Shown: positions 25,298-38,490 of the stretch, piece after piece
Position numbering within the stretch: the stretch's first letter is position 1
Layout of the letters: the number at the start of each line of letters is the position of its first letter
Assembly (NCBI GenBank): GCA_028534125.1
Contig: CM052817.1
Span: 37,698,001 to 37,762,000 of the forward strand
Source: Lama glama
Lineage: Eukaryota
DNA length: 64,000 bases
Reading direction: 5' to 3'
Notes under the pieces: model-generated
Told to the model about the DNA's origin: nothing
Database searches by the model: none
Seen by the model: the letters and a program-made list of their open reading frames with translations, nothing else
Translations under genes and position numbers: made by a program

Positions 25298-26340
25298 TTT
25301 TTAAAATCAACTTTTTATTTTGGAATAATTTCAGATTCACAGAAAGTTGCAGAGAGAGTACAGAGTTCCCGTATACTCCTTATCAGTTGCCCTTAATGGT
25401 GTCCTTACAGTACGATTGTGCGTTCGTCATAACTAAGAAGCCTGCATTGGTACATTGCTATTAATTCAACTTCATACTTTATTCAAATTTTACTAGTTTT
25501 TCTACTGATGTCCTTTTTCGGTTCCCGGATCCGGTCTGGGATACCACATCTCGTTAATCAGCACATTAGTCATCACATCTCATTAATCTCCTCTAGTCTG
25601 TGACAGTTTCTCAGACTTTTCTTGTTTTTCATTACCTGGACGGTTTTGTGGTGTACTTGTCGGTCATTTTGTAGAATATCCCTTACCTTTGCTTTGTGCT
25701 GATGTTTTTTGCATGATTAGATTGAGGTTATGGATTTTTGGAAAGAGTGTCACAAGGATGAAGTATCCTCCTCGTCACAGCATATCAGGAGTACATGCCA
25801 TCGACATGACTAATCCTGGAGATATTAACCATATCAGTTGTTTGCCAGGTTTCTCCATTGGAAAGTTATTGTTTTTCCATTTCCAAACCCTGTTCTTTGG
25901 AAGTAAGTCACTAAGTCTAGCTGACACTCAAGGGGGAGAGGGCGTGTGGGGAATTAATTTTCACCTCTTGGAAGAGGGAATATTTACATACATTGTTTGG
26001 AAGTCATCTGTAAGAATAATTTATCTCTTCTCTGTTATTTGTTTATTCATTCATTCATTCACTCATTTATGTATATTAGCATGGATTCAGGTGTATTTAT
26101 TTTGTATTTTATATTGTAATTCCTTGCCACATTATTTATTTTGTTGCTTAAATTGTTCTGGTTTTGAGAACTCTTTCACATTGGCTTATATGTACCTTTG
26201 TCACACTTCTATCTTTCTGTGTTTTAAGCTTTCTGGCACCACAAGATGCTCTGGACTTACCATATGTTTGGCCTCCTCCAGCCCTATAATCATCATTTCT
26301 CTAAGGAGTTCTCATTCCTTTATTGGAGAATGATACTTGG
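25298..26340 (-). mobile_element. L1MC/MD-like 3' end
   Basis: CTTTTTATTTTGGAATAATTTCAGATTCACAGAAAGTTGCA...TCTAGTCTGTGACAGTTTCTCAGACTT. Confidence 0.85.
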
Positions 26341-27539
26341 ATGAAATTTTATAGTAGGTTTTAGCCTAGGTAGACTTGGACAGACAGAGCTCAGACAGTT
26401 TTCAGATTAATGATCAAAGACATGATCCAAAGTCTAGGAATTTTACCGGAAACCACCCTACTGAGGAATTTTATAAAAATTCCATCAAAGGCATTTAAGT
26501 GAATTATAGGATTGAAGAATAGTGCTCATATTATATCATCTTGGAAATTTTCATTAGAATGAGCAGGATTTATCAGAATGACAGCATATTAAATCTCTGT
26601 GATTCATACCTGAGGGGCGTTGCGGTGGAATTCAGTGGACTCTGAGAACAGCCTGCATGAACTTTGTTGGAACTTAGGTAAACAGGAGCAAAATCTCCAA
26701 GTAATACATTGATTCGTACTTGAAAGAAATTCTATGGTTAATTGAAAAATTTTTTTCTGGATTAATAATTATGATATGATTCCTCTCTGTGACATTCTAC
26801 ATATATTTCAAAAAAAGTGTGTCAGCATAAAAATTTTTTTTAAAATGTGGCATGCATAGTCAGAGGCACTACAAAGAATATAAAGACATATGAGAAAGTA
26901 CTTCTGCCTTCCAGGGAGGTAAACAATATAAGGAAACATTATGTGGTGGGAAAGACAAGTATTAATGAAGAGCCTTGGGAGCTGTAAGGTAAACATACTC
27001 AGAGGCAGTGGGAACAGGATCCCTGAGGAGGCAGTAGAGGGCCGTATCTTTAGAGGCGCCAAGAGCCCATGATTCTGAGCAGGGAGTTCTTGTGTATTTG
27101 TGATAGGGGGAGGGAAACGGAGACAGTGAAGGAGACTGGTTCCTCTCTCCATCATGGGAGAAACATACTCACTAGTCGGGGAGCAAATGAGGTTGAGTCC
27201 ATGGGGCAAGAAGTCTGAAGAGGGTGAGAAAATCAAACAGTAAGACCGTGAGCAGGAAGCAATACCATGGTGAAATATATTTGTTCAGAAACCCTTGGCT
27301 CTAAACCACTTACACACTTTATTTTAAAGTATGTTATTCAGAGTTAGGCCACAAAGTGGCTTAGAAGAAACCAGAGCCCAATAACTAGAAGGAACAAAGG
27401 TATATCCATAGCAAATATTCAGTCTTATGAAATTTTTGTGGGGGAGATATTTAGCCAGCTAGTTAGGAATCTCAAAAGAATGAGTGTGGATGGAGATCTC
27501 TGTTTTGATTTCCCACCAAACTCTCAGTGCTTTACTTTT

Positions 27540-27930
27540 TTTTTTTATCATGTTGTGAATAATTCATTTAAAAATTTTATGTATTTGTTTTATCATGGTA
27601 AAATATGCATAATATAAAATTTACCATTTTAACCATTTTTAAGTGTACAGTTTCGTGGCACGAAGTACATTCACATGGTTGCTCAACCATCACCACTGTT
27701 CGTATCTAGAACTTACTCTTCATTCTGTACTGAAACTCGGTACCCATTAAACAATTACTCCCCACTGCCATCTCCTTCCAGCCCTTGGTAACCACTATTC
27801 TACCTTCTGCCTCTATGTACCTGACTACTTTAGGTACCTCATCTAAGCAGAATAATATGTATTATCTGCCCTTTAGTGTGTGGCTTGTTTCACTTAGCAT
27901 AATGTCTTTCAAGTTTTACTCATGTTGTGA
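27540..27930 (-). mobile_element. L1MB-like 3' end
   Basis: AAAATTTACCATTTTAACCATTTTTAAGTGTACAGTT...TTTCACTTAGCATAATGTC; possible TSD TGCTTTACTTTT (27528-27539) / TGCTATACTTTT (27931-27942). Confidence 0.88.
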
Positions 27931-30719
27931 TGCTATACTTTTATTCCTAAAGTAGTCGCAGTCAAATTCTGCTGAGTTTTTGCCTTTTTTCCTGAGGCAA
28001 TTTCATAGCCTGGGGTAAATAGGTGGACACATGAAATACACATTGGAGGGAAGAATGTATCGAGACCCCAGATCCCTTAGCTACTGAGATGGAGATTGAG
28101 GACCAGGCATAGCATTAGGGATGTGGGCAATGAAGGACCAAATCACATGGCTGAGGCCAGTGATATGAGGCTCGGATGCTGGACTGGGACAGAGATACTA
28201 GACAGGAAGAGCTTGGAATTCTGTGAGTCCAAGAGTTGTAGTGCATATGGAGGTGACTGTGGGTTCAAAAAGGTGAAGGGAAAGACACCAGTGAGTGACT
28301 CAGATGCCAAGGAGGGAGTGGCCACTCTGGCTGGCTGATGCAAGAAAGTTTTCATAGAAAAGTTGATATGTAAAGTGAGTAGAATTTGGACAGGCAGAGA
28401 GGATTGGGGTAACGATCTACACAGAAGAAGTGGCATTAAGAGAAATAGGGAGATGGATACTGCAAGATGCTTTTGGAGCTGAATAGACCAATTTGACTGA
28501 GTCTGTAGGGGTTTGTATGGAATGCAGGAGATAGGAGAAGACTGATGGTGCCAGTTTATGAAGAACACTAGATAAATGATTGTAAGCAATGGGCATCATC
28601 AGAAAATGAACCAACTTTATCCTTTCCTTTGCCTTAACTCCCATAGCCTTAATCATGACCTTAATTAGAATACTTTGCCTCATAGTAGGTTGGGAAATGT
28701 TTACATCTTCTATAAGAATCTGAACTGTCTGAAAGCAGAGCAGTCTATGTTTCTCAGAGTATTAAGCACAAATGTCTTGAACTTCCTAGTTCCTCAGTAA
28801 GCATTCTCTGAATAGAATGGTATTAGACTATAAGGATTTTGATGGGAGGATGGGGTAAAATGATCAAGGCTGTAATCTAGGAAGATTAATCTGATGAGAC
28901 TGTATAGAGAAACTGGACAGGTTCACTAGTGGCGGAGCTTTTACAACAGTGAAGTGGTGAGGGAACCCAAGGCATTTCTCTTCTAGGCCTGGACAAGAGG
29001 GAAGGATTGAAGAGAAATCTAGTATCAAATAACCCAGTGTTTGCATGCCAGTAGCCTTTCAGTGGCAGCTCAAAACAAAGGTTAGGAAAAAAGAAAAGCT
29101 GAGGAATGAATCATCAGTTACTCCTGCTGCATATTTTCTCCTGTGGAATCCTGAACAAGTTACGAAACATAAGGCCAGCAAGTACAATTTCTTTTTCTCG
29201 GAAACCACAGAAGCTGGTGCTTCTATAGAAAACACTGTCTATATTAGTGAGAAAGTACAATTAACCTAGCTGTTCTCATTTTATATTTGGACTTATCTGA
29301 CTAGTTGATGACCTTGTGGGTCCTTTATAAATGTGTTTCCTTTTGTCTGTGAACAGTAGAGAAAAACATATTTGACAAGATTTTTGTTGGCGCATGGAAA
29401 CACAGTGAAGTGTTTCCTAGTTATATAGAAATAAGATTACTTGCTGAAAGTTAAGCCTATACAATTCACCCACAAGCAGTAGATTAGCCACCTGTACAAG
29501 TAAACCGTGAGAAATTGCCTGTAAGTCTGAATCTAAAGAAATTGGACAAACTTTAGGGCATGCAAGTTTCTCTGCAATGCTTTGGCAAAAGAAAAATCAC
29601 AGCACTTATTTACCAAATTCAGTGAAGCCTGGCTCCAAGGCCCCTCTCGTGAGAAGGGCACGGGCTGGTGGTGAGATGCCAAATGTCAATCAATGTTGAG
29701 GGCTCCTCCCCTTTCTTGGGGGTTTAACTTTAGTAACTGCCCAGAAGCTTGTTATCTAAGCTGGGATCCGTTTTGAAGATGAGTGTCTCCTCTCACTCTT
29801 TCTCACTGGTTGGTGGACTCTTTTGCTGACGCTCCTAGGCCTGGTGTCGAACCTCCTTCTCATGCCGTGCAGCCCCAGCCTCCCCAAGCCCTGAGTGCTC
29901 TGTGTCAGGAGAGACAATGACTTGGCATCTGTGACAACCCCCAATCCTGTCCCCATTCCTTGGTAAGTCTATAGCAACAATAACAACAGTATCAACGAGT
30001 ATAGTAAAATAGCCTGTAACAACCACCACTGCCTCAAAACGATCCCAAGGTATCAGGTAGTTTTTTTTTCCTTATTAACGCATCTGTAATGATGTGTTAA
30101 CTCACCTGCAACAGTCTGTAACACATTGTAATCAAGGGGATCTGAGTGTATTCTCAGAGTAAGGGCTCCTGAATATGACTGTTACGTTATGGGCTCAAAT
30201 ATAATCAATTGCTTTATAACTTGCTTAGATAAAGACTGGTGCACCTCTGAGTTTGATAAACAGTATGGAATCTAGAGAAAAGGCAGCCAGTGAGGAGGAA
30301 TTTTTTCAGCAAATCTCCAGCACTCTTTAATTTAAATGGTTCAATCATGTTGGCAGGTTACATTCCATATCCATTGTTATGGTGGAAAAGGATGCACCAA
30401 GTAATTGTTAGCTCCACAGTCATGGAGCTCTTCCAGCTCCTTCCTGGTCAGCTCCAGGTCCTGCATGGTTGAAATCTCATCATGGTGGTGAGGTAGCCTT
30501 GAGAAACCGCACCCCAGTGGCCAGTCAGCCTAAGTAGTATTTCTTATCTCACATAATTTAGCTATATCCAAGTTCAAAAAAGACCTGTCTGTTTATATTA
30601 AGATGACTACAGAAAAAAAAAACAACACATCTGCATTTGGTAGATTCTTATTTTCTTACTGTGTGGTACATAATGGGGAGATTGATAGTTGCTTGTCTCT
30701 TGAAATGGAAATGTGCCAC

Positions 30720-30835
30720 TCATCCATTCATTCATGCAATAAATATTTACTGAAAGTCTAGTATGTGCTAGGCACTGTTCTAAGTGTTAAAGCCACAAAA
30801 ATGAATCAGATATATATGATTTATGTCCTTGGGAT
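30720..30835 (-). mobile_element. L2 3' terminus
   Basis: CATTCATTCATGCAATAAATATTTACTGAAAGTCTAGTATGTGCTAGGCACTGTTCTAAG. Confidence 0.85.
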
Positions 30836-31032
30836 ATATTTAACCCAAATTGTTTTCTGACCTTTTGTCTAAATCTCTGTCTCTCTCTCTCTGTTTTTTT
30901 TTTTTTTTAATTCTCACCCAGAAGATTCTAAACATCAGGCTGCTTCTATTTGACTCAATTGCAGATCCCTGATTATAGCCATGGATGTTATGATCAAGTG
31001 GATCTAGGATGGATCTCTGTATTAAAAAAACA

Positions 31033-31414
31033 AGCAAACCAGAAAGAGAAAGAAAAATACCATATGATATCACTCATATGTGGAATTAAAAAAAAAAGAC
31101 AAGTGAACTTATTTATAACACAGAAACAGACTCACAGACATAGAAAACAAATTTATGGTTACCGGGGGGAAGAGGGTGGGAAGGGATAAATTGGGAGTTT
31201 GAGATTTGCAGATACTGACTGGTATATATAAAATAGATAAACAAGCTTATACTGTATAGCACAGGAAACTATATTTGATATCTTGTAGTAGCTTATAGTG
31301 AAAAAGAATATGAAAACTAATATGTGTATATTCATGTATGACTGAAGCATTGTGCTATATCCCAGAAACTGACACAACATTGTAAACTGACTATAATTCA
31401 ATAAAAAAAAAAAA
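31033..31414 (+). mobile_element. Young lineage-type L1 3' end, apparently inserted into a MER5-like hAT MITE
   Basis: GAAAAATACCATATGATATCACTCATATGTGGAAT...CATTGTAAACTGACTATAATTCAATAAAAAAAAAAAA with clean A tail; right flank CTCCTAGGTAGTTTGATGTGCAGCTAGGTTTGAGAACCAGT is MER5-like. Confidence 0.88.
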
Positions 31415-33809
31415 CAAAACCAAAAAACCTCCTAGGTAGTTTGATGTGCAGCTAGGTTTGAGAACCAGTATTACTAAAAACATTCTAATCATTTAGAACT
31501 AAAATTTTGGTGGTGCCTGAACCATGTATGGATAATGCAAACCATTGACAAGTATTGCAGGAGGTCAAGTAGAAAATTTCTTTTTGGCACATAACTACTG
31601 TTAAGACCCAAACTGAAGACAAAAGGCACAAATTGTTCCTTACCCTAAATTTATAGTCACCAGCAGTTGGGGTCAGCTGCCCTCCCGCAAGGCTCACTGA
31701 GAGGCCCATAGTTGTAGAACTGGCCCAACCACCCATGGCTGTCCGCACCTCCCAGGGGACTTTGCGAGAGAGGAAGACAGCCATTTGGAGGGTGGATGTA
31801 CAGGCATTCCTTCTCTCAAGTCAAGTGTGTGAGGGAGGGGAGCGCAAGTAAGTCACTTGAAAAGAAAAGTAAACAGACATTTGTTCCCTGGCTGTACACC
31901 CTTCTGAAGCAGCAGACTTGCTGGTGCGCCTTGTGTGCTGTGGGAATGTGAGGAAAGAGAACTCAGTGGAGATGGCATGAGTGGAGAGGGGCCTCTGCTT
32001 CAAAGTGAAGAAGAGGAAGTCCTCACACGTCTGCAGACCTGAGGGTTGGCTTTGAGGAATATGTGAGACTGAGGGCCACAGCTGTCCCAAGATTGATGCA
32101 GTGTCTGGGGCAAGGAGAGGTGCACGTGTGGAGGAAGCTCACCAGGGCAGCATCTGCTAAAGGAAACCATATCTGTCACCAGCGGGGAATCTTGGAGCCA
32201 CCGCTGGTCCTCACCGAGCCCATGACAGTAGTCCAGACTAGCAGTTACAGTCAACAGTAGCTACTCAGTTGGATGACAGTTTGCTCAGTCACATGAGGAG
32301 GTGCTTGTGCTCTTTTCTCCTTCCTCCCTGCCCCAGTTCTGAAGGAGCTCACACCTAGAAGGAGGGGACAGAGGTGACAGAGAGCCAGAACTCATTCTCT
32401 CTATCCTACCCCACCCTCCACCCCTGCCCAGCTCCCTCAGCTTTTAGTCCCAACTGAAACTCAGACCTCTTCTGGGTCATGGGACAAGTAGAGTTTTGAT
32501 TGAATGAATGTGCAGTTGAAGGGTTTAAATGAACAGGACTGAGACTGAAATAGCTGAATGAGATCGGCACAACCATATTTGTTTGAAAAGCACATAACTA
32601 GGCAAGAGGTATTTGGGGAGCTGCTGTTCAGTAGGAAAGTGGTGTGTGTTGGGAAACTTATTGGAAAAATAAAACCATTATATATCTGTAATGCATTGAT
32701 AATGCTTTTGTTTAAATTTTTTGAATAATTATATATGCACATGTTATAGAATTCAAAAGATATAAAAGGCTAAAAGTAAGAGGTAAGGTTTTTTCCCCTC
32801 ACTTCTCCCCCAACCATGTAGTTCTATGTTTCTTTCCAAAAATATCACAGAATTACATCATGTTAAAGTTTCCTCAAATAGTCATGTAATTCTATACTGA
32901 TTGTATAGCACTGATGAATATATACAAGAAGTATATGGGCTAGATATATTTCCACATTCTAGGGTTATTTTTTGGAAGCTGTTGCCAGACGGCATCATCC
33001 CAGCCTCATTTTGCGACCCAGTGAAATCTCAGCATTTGAAATTCCCCAGAAACAGATGTTTCTTTCCTCAATGGACAAGTTCCTGGCTGCACAGAATGAC
33101 AAAGTCGTAGCAAGGTTGGAATTTTCCCCTCCCATGAGGACAGCGTGGGTTTTCAGCACCTGTTTACTGTGGGCTTTTCCATTTTGAGGAGGGAGGAACA
33201 AAGTGGGAAGATTTGAATAAAAATGTATGAACTAATGCATGAAACGAAGAAGCCCCCAGAGGTAGAAAAATGAGTAAAAGGTGAGCTTCCCATATAGGTT
33301 ATATGTCTCTCAGCAATTGGATTTTGATAATCTGATAACTCAGTACAAATGCGAGGGTTTAAATGGGGAAGGGAAAAAAAACCAGAATTAAAGAAACAAA
33401 ACCATAATCTCTTTGAAGACTCCAGCAAAGCAAGGGGGAAAAAAAAGGGGGGTGGGGGAAGGTTTAAGTGTTTGGAGCTCCATCTTCTGGTCATGAAACA
33501 GGATGGAATTGAAATATGAAAATCATAAAAGCTAAAATACTTCGACAGGAACTGCGTTAAATGTATTATCTCATTTAATTTATCTGTTCTGTCAAACAAA
33601 TTACAAGCTCTTGAATTCAGAAATTAAGTCTCTTCATGATCTGGCCCCAACACCTCTTGTTGTGTCCGCATTCACTTATCCATTTAAACAAGTGTGTACT
33701 GGAGCCTGCCAGGTGAACAGTGTTGGCTGGGCCCTGGGAGGTGCAGACCCACCAGCCTTGGCACCTGCTTAAAGGGCGACTCTTTCATTTGCATGCCATC
33801 CAAACCCAT

Positions 33810-34700
33810 CTTTGTTATTTTATATTTAGTGTAAACTACACAAGTAGTACATAAATAATGCTTCTCTCCCTAAATTGAAACTTGACAGAAATGGCTAAAT
33901 TTTCCTTTGACTGGCACTCCAGCCATAACCCTCTCTTCCTCCCAGCAGTAACTGTAGCTGTAGGTTTGTGGATGTTATTTAAGCAGTGACATATGTGTCA
34001 ACACACATGGAAGTTGTTTGGTACTCCTTGTAAATCTGAGTAGGAGTGTATGTATGTATGTATGAGTATGTTTTACACAAGTAGTAAGATACTATACCAC
34101 TGTATGCAATTGCATTTTACTCCAAGATGCAAGACGTCTTGGGGGATTTACCCATGACATTACATATATATCTAGTTTATTCTTTGTAATAGTGACATAC
34201 TATTTCATAATATTTAGCCTGTCTCCTTCTTAGGCTTGTTTGCATAATTATAAGCAATACTTATAAACATTCGTATGCACACAAGCATTTCTCTAGAGGA
34301 GATACTGAGAAGTGGGATTGTCAGGCCATGGGGTGTGTGTATTTCTGGTTTGACAGACACTGTTGCCCTCTGAAGTGGCAATTGTAATGAAAGGGCTGTT
34401 TTCCCACATTTCTTTATCTGCACGTCTGCTAGCATTTGATATAATCAAACCTTTAATTTTCAGTGTCACTCTGATAGTTCATAACTGGTGTTTTATCGTT
34501 TTCACTTTTATTTCCTGCTTGTTTTCCTGTTATGTTTATTGGCCGTTTCATCTTTTCTTCTGGGAATTGCCTCTTGTTCTTTCTGTGCTTATACCTTTAT
34601 CCATTTTTATTGGGTTGCTTTGTTTATGTTTGATATGTGGGAATTCTTGGTATGTTAAGGATAAAAGTTGGTTATATACGTGGAAAATATTTTTCTGGAG
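33810..34700 (-). mobile_element. Old L1 (L1ME-like) fragment
   Basis: GGAGATACTGAGAAGTGGGATTGTCAGG..., GTATGTTAAGGATAAAAG and similar antisense L1 motifs. Confidence 0.6.
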
Positions 34701-34716
34701 TATTTTCTTTTCATTT

Positions 34717-35196
34717 AATTTTTTTATTAAAGTATAGTTGACATACAATGTTACATTAGTTTCAGGTGTACAATATAGTGGTTCGACACTTAACACTATG
34801 AAATATTCATCACTATGAGTCTAGTTAGCATGTCACCATAGAAAGTTATTACAATATTGTGGGCTGTATTCCCTGTTCTGTATATTACATCCTCATGACT
34901 TATTTATTTTATGACTGGAAGTTTATCCAGTCATGAAATATCCCTTTACCTGTTTAGTCCATTTCCTCACACCTCCTCCTTCTAGCAACCACCAGTTTGT
35001 TCTTTGTCTCTATGAGTCTGTTTCTGTTTTGTTTATTCATTGGCTTTGTTTTTCAGATTCCACATATAAGTTAAATCACATTTTTTTTTGTCTTTGTCTG
35101 AATTGTTTCACTTAGCATAATACCCTTTAGTCCATCCATATTGTTGCAAATGGCAAGATTTCATTCGGTTTTATGTCTGAGTAATATTTCATTGTG
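34717..35196 (-). mobile_element. L1 3' end (laurasiatherian/artiodactyl type)
   Basis: TTTATTAAAGTATAGTTGACATACAATGTTACATTAGTTTCAGGTGTACAA...AGATTCCACATATAAG...GTTGCAAATGGCAAGATTTCATTC. Confidence 0.9.
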
Positions 35197-36211
35197 CTCC
35201 TTTTAAAAACATTACCAGTGATATTATTTATAATGCATACGTTCTTATTTATCAATCTAATTTATCAGTCTTTTCCTGATATATATTCATTGTATATTCT
35301 TATGCATACAAGAAACTTTTGATGCAACAGTGGGTTTGCAGCACATTTTTCAGTATCTCTTCTGTATCTAGTAGAGTACTAGGCACTATGATATAATGGG
35401 AAGACACCTATGAAAAAAAGAAATCTGTGAGGCACTTATATCTCAGGCTGGAATTCACATTTAAGAGAACAAATAAAAAAAGAAAACTTTTACAAAATAA
35501 GTTACTAGATTAGGAAATTTATTTGAAAAAATGTTTATTTTTGAAAGCCATAGAGAAATAATAAGAATGTAGTGTTGGTTAACCAGGAAGACTTCCAGAA
35601 ATAGGTGAAGGTTGAATCAAAATGAAGATGTGATAGGTGATACTTGGCAGAGAGCAGTGGGCAGAGAACTTTGGTTGGTATGAAAAAATAGTGCAGGGTC
35701 AAGAATTAGCATGTTGTATCATGGGGATGCAGAGTGGTTGGGCTTTGCTGGTGGGGAGGCTCTGTGGGGACATTCATTGTAGGGGGGGTACTTCAGACAC
35801 ACACACTGGCACTTCCTGCCCATCCCTCGCCCCAGGCAGTCATCATGTGTCTTATTGCCAGCTCTCACTTAGGAACATGCTCATTCAGGTGCAGATGGTG
35901 ATGATTTAAGATTTGGAAAGGCAAAGCAATTAAAGGTGCGGTGAGACGAGGAGGAAGAGAGGGTAAAGACTTTTCTAGTTAAGATACAAATATGAGCAAA
36001 GGCAGAGGTATGAAGGTTAATGGACAACTTGGAGAAAAGACAGTGGTTTCATTTGGCTAGTATAGCAGGGTTTTTAATGTTTTTTAATATGGAAACCTCT
36101 TGTTAATAAGAAATAAATCAATAGGCCTCTACATAATAATGACTATTATTAGTGCCTTTGATTGAGAAAATACATGATGATAAAATATAGTTTAACAATT
36201 GTTTCTAAGTT

Positions 36212-36344
36212 GTGGGGAGGGGCATCTCAGTGGTATAGCACTTGCTTAGCATGCACAAAATCCTGGGTTCCATCCTCAGTACCTCCATTAAATAAATACA
36301 TACATACATACATACGTAATTACCCCCCACCAAATTTAAAAAAG
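36212..36344 (+). mobile_element. tRNA-Ala-derived SINE (Vic-1 type)
   Basis: GGGGAGGGGCATCTCAGTGGTATAGCACTTGCTTAGCATGCACAAAATCCTGGGTTCCATCCTCAGTACCTCCA; 16-bp TSD with 1 mismatch (36196-36211, 36345-36360); (TACA)n in tail. Confidence 0.92.
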
Positions 36345-36532
36345 CAATTGTTTTTAAGTTAAAAACATATATAGCAGAAATTTATATAGTTTACATTACA
36401 GATAATAATTGGACTGACGTGAATTCACAGACCCTTTTACATTACTCTGATACCCCCTAGATCCTTGGCCCACAGGTGGGGGTTGCACTAGGCTAGCCTA
36501 GGGTTTCTGGAGGAAGGGTCATTCTGTGAGAG

Positions 36533-37200
36533 ATTCATTCATTCATTCAACATATATTTATTGGACATCTACTAAGTATAAGGGACTCTTTTAGTCTCTG
36601 GCAATACAGCTGTAAAAGAAACAAAGGCCTTGTTGTCAGAGAGCTTATCTTCTAGTGGGAAGAAACAGACAATATAGAATATTACACAAATATAATATTT
36701 CAAACGGTGCTAATTGTTATGAGAATAGGGAGTACCTGGGTAGATTGCGGGAATGTTATTTAAACAGCGTGGAGAGAGAAGAGCTCTCTGGTGTGATGAT
36801 ACTTGAATAGACATTTGAATGAGTCAGGGAACCAAGCAGCACCAAGGTCAAGGCAACAGCTATTGCAAAGCCCTGGAGATGGGAGCGTGCTTGTTGTCCT
36901 TCGGTAACAGCAAGAAGCAGGTGTGTTTAGAGTGGGGTTAAAAAAGTGGGGGATTGTGGTAGAGGATGAGGTCAGGGAGGTAGTGGGTAGCCAACCACAT
37001 CATGAAGAGTCCTGCAGGCCATTAAGTGCTTTGAATTTCACCCTAAGTGATACAGAAAGAAGCCATTGGAGGACTTTAATTATAATAGAGACATAATCTA
37101 ACTTACGTTTTAAAAGTTACACCGTGGCTGTCTATGAAATAAATTATTAGGTAAGAATTGAAGGAGGAGGCCAATTGTAGAAATCCAAGTTAGAGATTAA
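36533..37200 (-). mobile_element. L2 LINE 3' portion
   Basis: ATTCATTCATTCATTCAACATATATTTATTGG...GAGCTTATCTTCTAGTGGGAAG. Confidence 0.88.
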
Positions 37201-38188
37201 TTGTCAAATGCTTTTGATTGGTTGAATAAAGTAAAGATTGAGAACTGACCCTTGGATTTGGCAATGGGGAGGTTACTATGGAGAGTGTACTCAATTTGGT
37301 AGGTAGTAAAGAGCCTTTGAAGATTTTATGGGGAAGTGATATCATCAGTGTTGTACTTTATGAAAATCTGTTTATTGGTAGCAGTAGATGGGAAGGATTA
37401 GATTAAATGAAAAGAAATCTGAGACTAGAGAGACACTTTAGGTGACCATTTTATTGAAAGATTATGGGGTAGCAAAAGGAAAAGGAGTTTTAGCGTCTGA
37501 AGTGAAAGAACTACACAAAAGAAGGGAATATAGGGTAAGATGGAGACAGAAGAGTCAAAGTTAAACTTTTTGAAATTGTGTGAGTAGGAAAATTGGAGTT
37601 CCATTAACAGAGATGGGAAATTCAGGAACAGAAGATGATGCCTTTAATTTTGTATATCATGACTTTGAAGTCTGGACATGTAGGTTGATTTTAATGCTCA
37701 CCTTTACATTACTGTTCTACAATCCTGTATCAGCAGCCCCTGCTTTGAGACTTCAGAGGCATTTGGTAAACCATGATCTTCTGACGGAGGCCCTTGGCAA
37801 CTGGATCCCACTCTTCTTCCTAGAGTAAACCTTTGTTACTTTACTCTGCAGTCCATATTGATGATCCACACGGAATGAGAGCCTCACAACAATTTCCTTA
37901 TTTTCCTTTGACTGTGTGCTTACCTTAAGGTGTGTGTATGGTAAGTTTGGTTGAAGACATCCTTCAGAATGGAAATGTAAGTCTGAAATATAAAAGAGAG
38001 ATAAAAGTTGAAGATTGAAAGGTAGGACACCTTTGCTATCAAACTGGGTAAGAGTTCCAAGGGAAAGAATGTAAAAACAGAGGAATATTAATTACAGGTT
38101 TTGGAAAAATTCTATGTAGTAAGAACGTTAATTTGAAAAATGGATGGAGTGGTGGGAAAAGATGTACATTTAAAACTATTGAGATCTT

Positions 38189-38298
38189 GGGGGTGAGTAT
38201 AGCTCAGTGGTAAAGCACATGCTTAGCATGCATGAGTTCCTAGATTCAGCCCCCGGGACCTCCATTAAACAAAATGTGTAATTAAATAAACCTAATTA
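38189..38298 (+). mobile_element. tRNA-Ala-derived SINE (Vic-1 type), short tail
   Basis: GGGGGTGAGTATAGCTCAGTGGTAAAGCACATGCTTAGCATGCATGAG; perfect 17-bp TSD AAAACTATTGAGATCTT (38172-38188, 38299-38315). Confidence 0.93.
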
Positions 38299-38315
38299 AA
38301 AACTATTGAGATCTT

Positions 38316-38490
38316 AAATGTTCTCACAGTAAGAAAGAAATGATAGTTACTTGATGTTATAGAGGTGTTAGCTCATGCTGTGGTGGTAACCATCTTGCAA
38401 TATATAAATTCTTCAAATCCACATATTATATGCCTTAAACTTTTACAATGTTACATGTCAATTATGTCTCAAATTAAAACATTTTTAAAA
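38316..38490 (+). mobile_element. L1MA/MB-like 3' terminus
   Basis: AAATGTTCTCAC...TGTGGTGGTAACCATCTTGCAATATATAAAT...TACAATGTTACATGTCAATTATGTCTCAA. Confidence 0.8.

Noticed and set aside
25689..26333. 214-aa + strand ORF, the longest in the track
   Set aside because: It lies antisense within an L1MC-like 3' UTR, has a non-ATG start and a Phe/Leu/Cys-rich composition typical of chance ORFs.
31760..32520. GC-richer segment with several short ORFs on both strands
   Set aside because: There is no coherent exon structure or recognisable protein. It may be an ancient LTR, but I cannot assign it.
38189..38265. tRNA-Ala-like sequences here and at 22501, 36214, 42517 and 59170
   Set aside because: Mutated stems and boxes, SINE-specific tails and TSDs show these are SINE heads, not tRNA genes.
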